40,296 nt of DNA, from the NCBI GenBank assembly GCA_046316515.1, contig JBKDAC010000464.1:1-40296 (forward strand). The letters run 5' to 3'. The stretch's first letter is position 1, and every line of letters starts with the position of its first letter. Source of the DNA: Sandaracinobacter sp. Its GTDB lineage: Bacteria > Pseudomonadota > Alphaproteobacteria > Sphingomonadales > Sphingomonadaceae. Below are positions 26,592 through 35,979 of this stretch, in pieces. The notes beneath the pieces were generated by a model, which was not told where the DNA came from, did not search any database, and was given only the letters and a program-made list of their open reading frames with translations. The translations under genes and the position numbers were made by a program.

Positions 26592-29462
26592 ATGCTTGAA
26601 AAGACCTTCACACCCGCAGAGATCGAGGCGCGCTGGTATGCGCATTGGGAAAGCACGGGCGCCTTCCGCCCGGCCAGGCCCGATGCGGAGCCCTTCACCA
26701 TCGTGCTGCCGCCGCCCAATGTGACGGGCACGCTGCACATCGGCCATGCGCTGAACCAGACGCTGCAGGACATATTGATCCGCTGGCAGCGGCTGAAGGG
26801 GCGCGACGCGCGCTGGGTGGTGGGGATGGACCATGCCGGAATCGCGACGCAGATGGTGGTGGAGCGCCAGCTCGAAGCCAGACAGGACAAGCGCACCAAC
26901 TACACCCGCAAGGCGTTTGTCGAGAAGGTCTGGGACTGGAAACGAGAGAGCGGGGGCCAGATTACGCGGCAGATGCGGCGGTTGGGCGCCAGCTGCGACT
27001 GGGGGAACGAGCGCTTCACGATGGCCCCGGCTTTTTCGGACGCGGTGACCCATGTGTTCGTGATGCTGCACGAACGGGGCCTGATCTATCGCGACAAGCG
27101 GCTGGTGAACTGGGACCCGAAGTTCCAGACTGCGATTTCGGACCTGGAGGTGGAAACCCGCGAGGTGCAGGGGCATTTCTGGCACCTGCGCTATCCTTTG
27201 GCCGATGGCTCAGGGCATCTGGTGGTGGCGACGACCCGGCCTGAAACCATGCTGGGCGACACGGCGGTGGCGGTGAACCCGAAGGATGATCGCTACGCCC
27301 ATCTGATCGGGCGGATGATCGCCCACCCGCTGACGGGCCGCAAAATCCCGATCATCGGCGACGAGTGGGCCGATCCAGACCTCGGCTCGGGCTGCGTGAA
27401 GATCACGCCCGCGCATGATTTCAACGACTGGCAGGTGTATGAGCGGAACAAGGCCATCGGCTGGATCAATGTGTTCGATGCCCGAGGCAATGTTGTGCAA
27501 GCGTTCGAAGAGTCGAACACATGGGGTCAGACAAACTATGGTGACGACGAACTGCCTGACATCGTTGAGGAACCTGAGCCACAGCTGACACCCACAATAC
27601 CCGAGGAATTCATCGGGCTTCACAGGTTCCGCCGTGACGGAGTTGATGGTGCGCGTGAGTTGGTAGTCACCCGATTAAAGGAATTGGGGCTCGTCGAGCG
27701 TGTTGAGGACAAGATTATACAGGTCCCGCACGGTGATAGGTCGGGGGTAGTGATCGAACCTTGGCTTACCGACCAGTGGTACCTCGACATGAAGGGGATG
27801 GCGGCTGCAGCGCTCGAAGCGGTCGACGAGGGTCGCACGACGTTCGTACCCGCCAACTGGCGCAAGACCTTCGACAATTGGCTATCCGAGATCCAGCCTT
27901 GGTGCATTTCACGACAACTCTGGTGGGGCCACAGAATTCCGGTTTGGTATGGTCCCTGGCAACCGGGCGATCCGAACATGCCGGTGCTGTTCTCGGTCGG
28001 GGACAGAATGCCGCAAACCAAACCATTTGTGGCGCGAGACTTCGCCGGCGCGGCGGCGCTCGCGAAGGACTATTATCCTGGTTACGTGATTAACGAAGCT
28101 CCAGAGGGAACAGACGTCTACCTGTTTAACGAGTTTTCGAACTATCAAGATGTTAAAGTCATGAGTCTGCGGCGCGATGACGACGTCCTCGACACCTGGT
28201 TCTCCTCCGGCCTCTGGCCGTTCGTGACGCTTGGCTGGCCCGAGAACACGCGCGACTATCAGCGCCACCACCCAAGCGATGTGCTGGTCACCGCCTTCGA
28301 TATCATCTTCTTCTGGGTTGCGAGGATGATGATGCAGGGCCTTGAACTGACTGGGGAAGTGCCCTTCAAGACTGTCTATTGCCATGGCCTCGTCCGCGAC
28401 GCCCGGGGGCAGAAGATGTCGAAGTCCAAGGGCAACACGGTCGATCCGCTGGAGCTGGTCGACCGCTATGGCGCGGACGCGCTGCGCTTCACCATGGCCG
28501 CTTCCGAAGCGCAGGGGCGCGACGTGAAGTTCGACGAGAAGCGCGTGGAGGGATACCGCAACTTCGCGACCAAGCTGTGGAACGCGGTGCGCTTTGCGCA
28601 GGCGCAGGGGATTTCGGCATCGAACAGCCCGCAACCGCCATCGGCCACCCTGCCCGTCAACCGCTGGATCCTCGCCGAAACCGCCCAGGCCGCAGCCGAG
28701 GCCGAAGCCGCGCTGACAGCCTATCGCTTCGACCAATATGCCGCCGGGCTGTACCAGTTTGTCTGGAGCTGTTTCTGCGACTGGTACCTCGAGCTCATCA
28801 AGCCCGTAATGGCCGAGGATGGGGCCGGTGCCGCAGAGACGCGCGCCGTCGCTGGTTGGGTGATCGACCAGATCCTGGTGCTGCTCCACCCCGCCATGCC
28901 CTTCCTGACGGAGGAGCTGTGGCATGCACAGGGAAAGCGGGCGCATGACCTGATCCTTACCAGCTGGCCGACGGCGATGGTTCAGGCAGATGAGTCCAGC
29001 GCAGAAATCGCCTGGCTGATCGAGCTGGTCTCGGCGATTCGCTCGGCCCGGACCGAGCTGAACGTGCCGCCCGGTGCCAAGCTTGCGCTGCATGCGCCCG
29101 AGGCAGATGCCGCCCTTCAGGCGCGCCTTGGGCGAAACGGGGCGGCGCTGGAGCGGCTTGCCCGGGTGGACAGCGTGTCGTTCGCACCCGCGCCCGCTGG
29201 CGGGACGGCGCAGCTGGTGGTCGAAGGCCTGTCCTATGCCCTGCCGCTGGAGGGCGTGATCGACCTTTCCGCCGAAAAGGCTCGGCTGCAAAAGGCGGCC
29301 GAACAGGCCGAGAAGGAAGCGAGCGCGCTGTCAGGCCGGCTGAACAACCCCGGGTTCGTGGAGCGCGCCAAACCGGAGGCCGTGGAAAAGGCCCGCGAGG
29401 ACTTCGCCGCCCGCTCGGCCGAAGCGGAGCGGCTGCGGGCGGCGCTGGCGCGGCTGGGGTAA
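26592..29462 (+). CDS. valS: Valine--tRNA ligase
   Basis: [44 protein letters not shown]-terminal coiled coil. Confidence 0.98.
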   Translation: MLEKTFTPAEIEARWYAHWESTGAFRPARPDAEPFTIVLPPPNVTGTLHIGHALNQTLQDILIRWQRLKGRDARWVVGMDHAGIATQMVVERQLEARQDKRTNYTRKAFVEKVWDWKRESGGQITRQMRRLGASCDWGNERFTMAPAFSDAVTHVFVMLHERGLIYRDKRLVNWDPKFQTAISDLEVETREVQGHFWHLRYPLADGSGHLVVATTRPETMLGDTAVAVNPKDDRYAHLIGRMIAHPLTGRKIPIIGDEWADPDLGSGCVKITPAHDFNDWQVYERNKAIGWINVFDARGNVVQAFEESNTWGQTNYGDDELPDIVEEPEPQLTPTIPEEFIGLHRFRRDGVDGARELVVTRLKELGLVERVEDKIIQVPHGDRSGVVIEPWLTDQWYLDMKGMAAAALEAVDEGRTTFVPANWRKTFDNWLSEIQPWCISRQLWWGHRIPVWYGPWQPGDPNMPVLFSVGDRMPQTKPFVARDFAGAAALAKDYYPGYVINEAPEGTDVYLFNEFSNYQDVKVMSLRRDDDVLDTWFSSGLWPFVTLGWPENTRDYQRHHPSDVLVTAFDIIFFWVARMMMQGLELTGEVPFKTVYCHGLVRDARGQKMSKSKGNTVDPLELVDRYGADALRFTMAASEAQGRDVKFDEKRVEGYRNFATKLWNAVRFAQAQGISASNSPQPPSATLPVNRWILAETAQAAAEAEAALTAYRFDQYAAGLYQFVWSCFCDWYLELIKPVMAEDGAGAAETRAVAGWVIDQILVLLHPAMPFLTEELWHAQGKRAHDLILTSWPTAMVQADESSAEIAWLIELVSAIRSARTELNVPPGAKLALHAPEADAALQARLGRNGAALERLARVDSVSFAPAPAGGTAQLVVEGLSYALPLEGVIDLSAEKARLQKAAEQAEKEASALSGRLNNPGFVERAKPEAVEKAREDFAARSAEAERLRAALARLG

Positions 29463-29468
29463 GCCCCT

Positions 29469-29487
29469 GGCCCGGCAAAGCCGGGCC
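29469..29487. terminator. Hairpin after valS
   Basis: GGCCCGGC-AAA-GCCGGGCC, 6 bp after the stop; no U tract. Confidence 0.45.
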
Positions 29488-29677
29488 GAACGCAGCCAAT
29501 GTGGACGACTGAACGGATTGCCGGGGGTGCAGGGCTCAGCCAGTGCGGCGCAGCGCGTTGCCCGCCAGGGGCCCAAACGACGAGAGACTCCGGCAACGCC
29601 GGTCTCGTCGGACGGGCCGGCGATTGAGACCACCGACTCCGCCGGCCGGGTGCTGCGGCGAGTCCGCGAGACAGTGC

Positions 29678-32600
29678 TTACGCACTGTTCGCGGCCGCCA
29701 CGGGCGCCGCCAGCGGCGGCGCGCCCTTCACGATCAGTAAGTACATCACAGGCGTCACGATCCGGCTGAGGAACGTCGAAGAAATCAGCCCGCCGATGAT
29801 CACCCAGGCAAGCGGCGAATAAAGCCCCGAGCCCGAAAGCGCCAGCGGCAGCAGCGCCAGCACCGCGGTCACGCTTGTCAGCAGCACGGGCAGGAACCGC
29901 ACCTCGCCGGCCCGCTCGATCGCTTCGCGCAATGGCACGCCCTGCTGGCGCAGCTGGGTGGTGAAATCGACCAGCAGGATCGAGTTCTTGATCTCGATTC
30001 CGATCAGCGCGACGAAGCCGATGACGGCGGTGAAGCTGATCGAATTGCCTGTCAGCAGCAGCGCGAGGAGGCCGCCGAACATGCCGAGCGGGACCACGCC
30101 CGCCACCACGATCGTCTCGCGGAAGCGGCCGAATTCCAGCACCAGCACCGCAAAGATGGAGAAGGTCGCGAACAGGATCACGCCGCCCAGGCCGCCACAG
30201 CTCTCGGCCTGCTCGGCCGCCTCGCCGCCCTCGCTGAAGCCATAGCCCGCAGGCAGCTTGATCGCAGCGAGGCGCCGGCCGACCTCCTCGTTGACCTTCG
30301 AGGTCAGGTAGCCGTCGGCGACGTTGGCGGTCAGCGACACGCTGCGCTGCTGGCCATAACGGTCGATGGAGGCGGGCCCGCTTGTCAGCCTGGGGGTGGC
30401 GATGGCGGGCAGGGGCACAGCCTCTCCGGATGCGGTCGGCACATAGACCCGCTCAAGCGCGGAGACATCCTGCAGCGCGCCAAGCCGTTCGCCCGGCGCC
30501 ACGCCCGGGAAATCGGGCTGCGGCAGGCGCACGACCACGTCATAGCTGTCGCCCTCGCTGTCGCGGAACCGGCCGGCAGGTTCCCCGGCAAGCGCGAGGC
30601 GCGTGACGCGCCGGGCGTTGGCGGGCGCCACGCCGACGGTCGCGGCCTTGTCGGCGTCCAGCCCCAGGTCCAGGTCCATCCGCTCGAAGGCCAGCGGGTT
30701 GCGCACATCGCGCGTGCCGGGCGTTTCGCGCACAATCCGTTCGGCATCGCGCGACAGGCGCTGCAGCACCTGGAGGTCTGGCCCCGTCAGGAACCACTGG
30801 ATCGGCGCCTCGATGGGGGCCCCGTTCTGGAACGGCGTCAGCTTGATCCGCGCCTCGGGATAGGTGGCAAAGCGCTCGCGCAGCCGGGCCACCATCTCGG
30901 GCCCGCGCTTTGGGTGCCATTCGGACAACGTCGCCGACACCATGCCGAAGTTGGATTGCTGGTTCACCTCGCGCTGGTTGTAGAAGATCTGCGGATTGCC
31001 GCGGCCCACATTGGACATGCGGTTCACGATGTCGGGCTCGGCAGCCAATGTCTGGTCGACGAACGCCACCGCGCGCGCGGTGGCGCCCAGGTCCGTGCCT
31101 TCCGACGTTTCCACCTCCACCTGGAAATAGGGGGCGTCGGCCGGGGGGAACAGGCTTGTTCCCAGCACGGGCACAAGCCCCAGCACGGCAATGCACAGGG
31201 CCATCGCGGTCCAGAAATAGGTCTTCGGCCGCTCCAGCGCACGATGCAGGATGGGCGCATAGAAACGGTGGATTCCGCCGTCGACCGCCTGCAGGAAGCG
31301 GTTTCCGTGCGCGGATTCCTCCTTGGGCAGCAGCCGCGAAGCCAGGAAGGGAATGATCGTCAGCGACACCAGAAGGGAGGCCGTGACGGTGGAAATCACC
31401 GCAATGGGCAAGCCCCTGATGAACATGCCGGCGCCGCCGGGAAGCGCCGTCAGCGGCAGGAAGGAAAACACGATCACTGCCGTGCAGCCCAGCACCGCGA
31501 CCGCGATCTGCTGCGTGCCCGCCAGCGCGGCTGCCGTTCGGCTGTAGCCCATGCGCAGGTGGCGGGCGATATTTTCCACCACCACGATGCTGTCGTCCAC
31601 CAGGATGCCCAGGGCCACAATGAATCCGGTGATCACCAGTTGGTTCAGCGTAACGCCCAGCACATTCATCACGAAGACGCCGATCGCCAGGCTGAGCGGG
31701 ATGGACACCATCACCACCAGCGACGCCCGCGGCCCCAGCGGCAGCAGCGTCAGCAGCACCAGCGCAAGCGCCAGGCCAAAGTCGCGCGCCAGCAGGGCCA
31801 GCTTGGCACGCACATCCTCGGACTGGTTGAAGGCGAGCTTCAGTTCCATGTCAGGGGCGAGCGTCTTCGCATAGGCGTCGGCTGTCGCCGACAGGCGCCG
31901 CTCCACATCCAGGACGTTCACATTGTCTTTCTGGGTCGCTGTCACCCAGATCGCACGCTTGCCGTTGAACCGCGTGGCATGGGTGCGTTCGACGGTTGCC
32001 CATTGCACGTCGGCCACGTCGCCCACGCGCACCACGCGCCCGTCGCTTGTCCGCAGCGGCACGGCGGCCACCTCTTCGGGCGAACGGAAGGCCCCGCCGG
32101 CCTTCAGGTTGAACCGCTGGTCGCCGGCCCGGATGGGCCCCGGCGGGGAATCCGTGCCCCCGGCGCGCAGCGCATCCGTCACCTGCGTCACCGGAATGCC
32201 CAGCTCGGCCAGCCGGCCGAGATCGAGCGACACGCGCAGCTCGGGCCTGGGCACACCCCACACCAGGGCCGTGCGCACACCCTGCTGGCGCTGGAAGGCC
32301 TCCTTCAGGTCCTTCCCCACCTTCTCCATCCGCCGCCAGGATGCGGTTTCGGACACGATCGCATATTGCACGACCACAGCCTCGGTGGTGCGGAAACGCC
32401 GGAACTCCAGTCGCTGGATTCCGGGTGGCAGCTCCGACCGGATCGCGTTAACCTCGCGCACGGCCTCGTCGAAGTTCCGGTCCGGATCGGATTCCCATGT
32501 GAACTCGGCTGTCACCACCGCCTGTCCGTCCGACGAGGAGGATTCCAGCTTGGCGATATTGTCGAGACCGGCCAGCACATCCTCGATCGGCTTGGCGACA

Positions 32601-32788
32601 GTCTGTTCCACATCCGTCGGGTCTGCGCCGGGCAGAATGCCGATGATGGTGAAGAAGGGGGATTTGAAATGCGGGTCGACTGACCGGGGGATGGTGAGGA
32701 AGGCTTGGGCGCCCAGCGCGGCGATCAACCCGAAGACAACGAGCGTGACCTGCCAGCGATGAACCGCGAAGGCGATGAGGGCGTTCAT
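29678..32788 (-). CDS. RND efflux transporter permease (AcrB/AcrD/AcrF family)
   Basis: 1036 aa; GILVDDSIVVVENI (TM4 Asp pair), IKNSILLVDF (TM10 Lys), RFLPVLLTS. Confidence 0.95.
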   Translation of the reverse strand: MNALIAFAVHRWQVTLVVFGLIAALGAQAFLTIPRSVDPHFKSPFFTIIGILPGADPTDVEQTVAKPIEDVLAGLDNIAKLESSSSDGQAVVTAEFTWESDPDRNFDEAVREVNAIRSELPPGIQRLEFRRFRTTEAVVVQYAIVSETASWRRMEKVGKDLKEAFQRQQGVRTALVWGVPRPELRVSLDLGRLAELGIPVTQVTDALRAGGTDSPPGPIRAGDQRFNLKAGGAFRSPEEVAAVPLRTSDGRVVRVGDVADVQWATVERTHATRFNGKRAIWVTATQKDNVNVLDVERRLSATADAYAKTLAPDMELKLAFNQSEDVRAKLALLARDFGLALALVLLTLLPLGPRASLVVMVSIPLSLAIGVFVMNVLGVTLNQLVITGFIVALGILVDDSIVVVENIARHLRMGYSRTAAALAGTQQIAVAVLGCTAVIVFSFLPLTALPGGAGMFIRGLPIAVISTVTASLLVSLTIIPFLASRLLPKEESAHGNRFLQAVDGGIHRFYAPILHRALERPKTYFWTAMALCIAVLGLVPVLGTSLFPPADAPYFQVEVETSEGTDLGATARAVAFVDQTLAAEPDIVNRMSNVGRGNPQIFYNQREVNQQSNFGMVSATLSEWHPKRGPEMVARLRERFATYPEARIKLTPFQNGAPIEAPIQWFLTGPDLQVLQRLSRDAERIVRETPGTRDVRNPLAFERMDLDLGLDADKAATVGVAPANARRVTRLALAGEPAGRFRDSEGDSYDVVVRLPQPDFPGVAPGERLGALQDVSALERVYVPTASGEAVPLPAIATPRLTSGPASIDRYGQQRSVSLTANVADGYLTSKVNEEVGRRLAAIKLPAGYGFSEGGEAAEQAESCGGLGGVILFATFSIFAVLVLEFGRFRETIVVAGVVPLGMFGGLLALLLTGNSISFTAVIGFVALIGIEIKNSILLVDFTTQLRQQGVPLREAIERAGEVRFLPVLLTSVTAVLALLPLALSGSGLYSPLAWVIIGGLISSTFLSRIVTPVMYLLIVKGAPPLAAPVAAANSA

Positions 32789-32795
32789 GCGAGCC

Positions 32796-33836
32796 TCAGC
32801 CGGCGCGGGTCTGGATGGGCTTCACCACCGCGCCCTCGACAAGGCGATCGACGCCTGTGGCCACGATCTGCTCGCCGCGGGCCAGCCCCGACCGGACTTC
32901 CACCCCGTCGGCCGTCACCCGCCCGGTCTTCACCAGCCGGGCCCGTACCTTGCGCGTGGCCGGATCCATGACCCACACGAACCCCTCGTCGGCCCGGGCT
33001 GCAAATAGCGCGGTCGTCGGAATGGCCAGCGTATCGCCCTGCGCCACTGCCGGCAGGGCAACATCGGCGATCAGGCCCGACCGCAGCGCCGGATTGGCCG
33101 GCAGCGCGAATTCCACCTGGAAGGTGCCCGTCTGCGGGTCGGCACGGCCGGCAATCTCGATGATGCGGGCGGCCATCGAGGGGGCTGCCCCGTCCTGGAA
33201 GGTCACGGTCGCGCCCTGGCCGGGCTGAAGCCCGGCGACCCAGCCGGCCGGCAGCGGCACGCGGACCACGAAACCCGATGCAAACTCGCCGAGCACCACG
33301 ACGGGCGAACCAGCCGTCAGGGTCTGCCCGGGTTCGGCCGTCCGCGACAGGATCACCCCCGACGTCGGCGCCACGATGGTTGCAAATCTTTGCGTGAAGC
33401 GCGCGCCGCTCAGCTCGGCGCGGGCGGTTTCAGCTGCCGCCTCGGCGGATTCGACGCGGGCCTTGGGAACCCAGCCCTGCCTGTTCAGCTCGCGCTGGCG
33501 GACCAGTTCGGCATCCGCCTGCCGCAGGCGCGAGCCCGCAGACTGCACCTGGGCATCGATCGCCGTCCGGTCGAGCGTCGCCAGCAGCTGCCCGCCCTGC
33601 ACCCGATCGACCTCCCTGACAGCCACGGCCCGCACGCGCCCGTCGCTCAGGAAGGCCAGCGGCGTCTCCCGGCGCAGGCGCACCGTTCCGGCCGCGCTGG
33701 AGCCTACCGCAAGCCGGCTTTCGCCGACCCTGTGCAGCGTGACGGGGGAAACCTCTCTGGCGGGCGGCGCCGCATCATCGGCACATCCCGCCAGCAGGGG
33801 GACCAGCAGAAGAAGCGCGCCCGCGGTTGCGGGCAT
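32796..33836 (-). CDS. RND efflux periplasmic adaptor (MFP) lipoprotein
   Basis: Lipobox LLAGC, GRVRAVAV, GQLLATLD, IVAPTSGVI, ADPQTGTF. Start 33836 or 33953. Confidence 0.9.
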   Translation of the reverse strand: MPATAGALLLLVPLLAGCADDAAPPAREVSPVTLHRVGESRLAVGSSAAGTVRLRRETPLAFLSDGRVRAVAVREVDRVQGGQLLATLDRTAIDAQVQSAGSRLRQADAELVRQRELNRQGWVPKARVESAEAAAETARAELSGARFTQRFATIVAPTSGVILSRTAEPGQTLTAGSPVVVLGEFASGFVVRVPLPAGWVAGLQPGQGATVTFQDGAAPSMAARIIEIAGRADPQTGTFQVEFALPANPALRSGLIADVALPAVAQGDTLAIPTTALFAARADEGFVWVMDPATRKVRARLVKTGRVTADGVEVRSGLARGEQIVATGVDRLVEGAVVKPIQTRAG

Positions 33837-34085
33837 CAATCCCAGCCTCCGAGACGATCCGGCCGATGCACGGACTGCTGCAGCGGAACGCAACGCTGCG
33901 GGACGGCGCCGCTCCCCCTGTGCCAGATCCGAGCCTTCTTCCTCTTGCTCCATAGAGCCGCTCCCAGAAACCGAGCTGCACGGAATTTGCGTGCGACTCA
34001 GTTTCTAGCGGCAGCCGTGTTGCCCGGCCAGCAAAATTTGAGTGTCACTCGGATACGCCGAAGCTGCCGATTTCGGAGTCATCCA

Positions 34086-34099
34086 CAGGAAATCTCCTA
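34086..34099. promoter_or_regulatory. Putative distal operator CAGG-AAATCT-CCTA
   Basis: Near copy of the TAGG-N6-CCTA palindrome at 34852; lies 30 bp past the stop of the 136-aa gene and upstream of the MFP gene. Confidence 0.45.
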
Positions 34100-34129
34100 T
34101 CTGACCCCATCCAGACTTGCACGCCATTC

Positions 34130-34540
34130 CTATTCCTCTATGGTCAGCGCATCCAGGCGGAGGCACAGTATCATGCGTCCACCCTCTCCAACTTCGCGTG
34201 CAGTTTCTGTAACTTGCACCTCTGCCAGAAAATGCCCGCCCGGCAGCGGGCCTGCTTCGTCGGGCCAGCTGGCAAGTGTGACCATGGCCTCATCAATTGC
34301 CTGTGCGCCCCCATCCAGGCGCAGATCCACCCGATGCCGGATGCCGCTGAAGGTCAGGCTCGCCCACGGATCCTCGTGCAGCGCCTCGATCACAACCAGG
34401 GGCCTTGATCCCGGGCCGACGGTGCCAGCCCCCTGCCCCAGCAGGAAGGCCGGAACCGAGGCTGCGCCGCACGCAAGGCCGAGCCTGGCCTGCAGCGCGC
34501 GCACGATACGCCCATTGGCGTGGGCAAGTCCGGCGCGCAT
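34130..34540 (-). CDS. Hypothetical protein (136 aa; PWASLTFSGIRH motif)
   Basis: ATG overlaps the upstream TGA (TGATG); motifs EDPWASLTFSGIRH, LPGGHFLAEV, LDALTIEE. Confidence 0.78.
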   Translation of the reverse strand: MRAGLAHANGRIVRALQARLGLACGAASVPAFLLGQGAGTVGPGSRPLVVIEALHEDPWASLTFSGIRHRVDLRLDGGAQAIDEAMVTLASWPDEAGPLPGGHFLAEVQVTETAREVGEGGRMILCLRLDALTIEE

Positions 34541-34761
34541 CAGCCGTTCCTCCGGCCGGGCACGACGGCACCGGATTCGCCCGCGGCGCGAAGGACCTGC
34601 TCGATATGGCTGCGGACACGCTGCTCCATCTTGCGCCCCGGTTCCCGGCCGCGGCGCAGATCATGCACCAGTCGCGGATCGCGGACGCTGTCGCGGCCAA
34701 AGCGCGATGGCGGAATGTTGGAAATCCTGAGGCAGGTTTCGATGGCATGCAGCAACGACAT
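34540..34761 (-). CDS. Small basic Cro-like HTH protein (73 aa)
   Basis: GAGGAG RBS; MSLLHAIETCLRISNIPPSRFGRDSVRDPRLVHDLRRGREPG fits a Cro/XRE-like helix pattern; divergent from the S24 repressor. Confidence 0.8.
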   Translation of the reverse strand: MSLLHAIETCLRISNIPPSRFGRDSVRDPRLVHDLRRGREPGRKMEQRVRSHIEQVLRAAGESGAVVPGRRNG

Positions 34762-34851
34762 TTCTGGACTACTCCTCGCGTGCGACCCATCCGTCGATCC
34801 GGCCCGGCACCCCGGAGGTCCTTCCACCCCGACTCGACAGCACAAAGCTGA

Positions 34852-34896
34852 TAGGGATTTTCCTACTAATCTAGGCAGAAACTTATGATAAATAGG
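34852..34896. promoter_or_regulatory. Divergent promoter with a putative operator array
   Basis: AT-rich; TAGGGATTTTCCTA (34852-34865), TAGGCAGAAACTTA (34872-34885) and a TAGG half-site at 34893; 20-21 bp period. Confidence 0.6.
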
Positions 34897-34956
34897 TATA
34901 CGCGACAGTCGAACGGCAGAATTAGGCCTTCCTCGACTGCAGAGGGGACCGAACCG

Positions 34957-35595
34957 ATGCCGAACGTGGCCGTTCGTGAGCAGCTGGATGCCCTCATCCG
35001 GCAGTCAGGCCAGGGCTATGCCGATATTTCCCGCCTGATCGGGCGCAATGCCGCCTATGTGCAGCAGTTCATCAAGCGCGGCGTGCCCCGTCGCCTGGGT
35101 GAACAGGAACGCCGCCTGCTGGCTGCCCATTTCGGCGTGCCCGAAGCCGTGCTCGGCGGCCCGGCCCAGTTGCCCGCGCGCCTGGCGCCCGAGCCCGCCC
35201 ACCATGTGCTGATCGACGTGCCGTTCCTTCCAGGCAGCGCCCGGCCGGCAGCAGCCGCGCATCTCAGGGTCGATGGCATCCTTCTTGCCCGCCTGTCGGC
35301 AGGACGGGCAGCCTCGCTCGCAGCTATGGCGGTCGATGGCGATTCCATGGCGCCGACCCTTCTGGCCGGAGATCATCTGCTGATCGACCTGTCCGACAGC
35401 AGCCCCGCGCGGGACGGCCTCTATGCGCTGGAGAGCGATTCGACGCCGCTTGTTAAACGGCTGTCGGTCAACCCGGCCACGCAGCGGGTCGCGATCCTAT
35501 CGGACAATGTCGCCTATCCCAGTTGCCCGGATTGCCTGCCGGACTCGCTCGGCATCCTGGGCCGGGTGGTCTGGATGGGCCGCCCGCTGGACTGA
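34957..35595 (+). CDS. CI/LexA-like repressor, N-terminal HTH plus S24 peptidase domain
   Basis: YADISRLIGRNAAYVQQFIKRGVPRRL HTH; VDGDSMAPTL (Ser) and LVKRL (Lys) dyad; ILGRVVW; GAGGGG RBS. Confidence 0.9.
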   Translation: MPNVAVREQLDALIRQSGQGYADISRLIGRNAAYVQQFIKRGVPRRLGEQERRLLAAHFGVPEAVLGGPAQLPARLAPEPAHHVLIDVPFLPGSARPAAAAHLRVDGILLARLSAGRAASLAAMAVDGDSMAPTLLAGDHLLIDLSDSSPARDGLYALESDSTPLVKRLSVNPATQRVAILSDNVAYPSCPDCLPDSLGILGRVVWMGRPLD

Positions 35596-35662
35596 GCGCC
35601 CGGCAGGCGCCCTGCCCACTTGCCAAACTGCCCGCCTGCCAAAGTGCCCGCCCGTCTATGCG

Positions 35663-35815
35663 TCAGCGGTTGCGCAACCGCAGGCCCAGAGCAACCAGGC
35701 CGCCTGCACCAAGCCCGATCACCGTGCCCGCGGAAGGCTGGCCGATCGCGATGCCCGCGCCAAGGCCGACCAGAAGCCCGATCATCAGGAACACGCCATA
35801 GTCGCTGTCGCGCAT
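35663..35815 (-). CDS. Small membrane protein (50 aa, two Gly-rich TM helices)
   Basis: GGAG RBS; MRDSDYGVFLMIGLLVGLGAGIAIGQPSAGTVIGLGAGGLVALGLRLRNR. Confidence 0.7.
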   Translation of the reverse strand: MRDSDYGVFLMIGLLVGLGAGIAIGQPSAGTVIGLGAGGLVALGLRLRNR

Positions 35816-35901
35816 CGTCACTCCGCTCTTGGGCAGCACGCGCCCGGGTCCGCAGGCAGCGCGCCTATCCTGTCGGCGGATCCGGCACGGCTGTTCAGGG
35901 G

Positions 35902-35979
35902 TGGGGCGACCGACGGGTCTCGAACCCGCAACCTCCGGTACCACAAACCGGCGCTCTAACCAATTGAGCTACGGTCGCC
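35902..35979 (-). tRNA. tRNA-His(GTG)
   Basis: G(-1)GCGACCG...CCGGT-TTGTGGT-ACCGG...GGTTCGAGACC...CGGTCGC-C-CCA; G-1 and C73 present. Confidence 0.97.

Noticed and set aside
27490-28170. Intein or intron in valS
   Set aside because: The insertions are short and in frame, with no intein terminal residues and no group I/II intron features.
29518-29769. 83-aa ORF between valS and the RND gene
   Set aside because: No RBS, overlaps the RND 3' end in antisense, and has no family signal.
24818-33836. The TolC-family gene and the RND/MFP pair as one efflux operon
   Set aside because: They are on opposite strands and separated by popZ-valS; the TolC gene belongs to the conserved pcm-tolC-popZ-valS block. 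A functional partnership is possible but not shown.
34130-34761. Naming the two small genes gafY/gafZ and the repressor rogA
   Set aside because: I cannot recognise those families from the sequence; only the regulatory analogy is supportable.
34130-35979. Prophage integrated at tRNA-His
   Set aside because: No integrase, structural or replication genes, and no duplicated tRNA 3' end seen; only the regulatory trio is present.
35902-35979. Unusual tRNA-His lacking G-1, as in some Alphaproteobacteria
   Set aside because: G-1 and C73 are both present, so it is the standard type.
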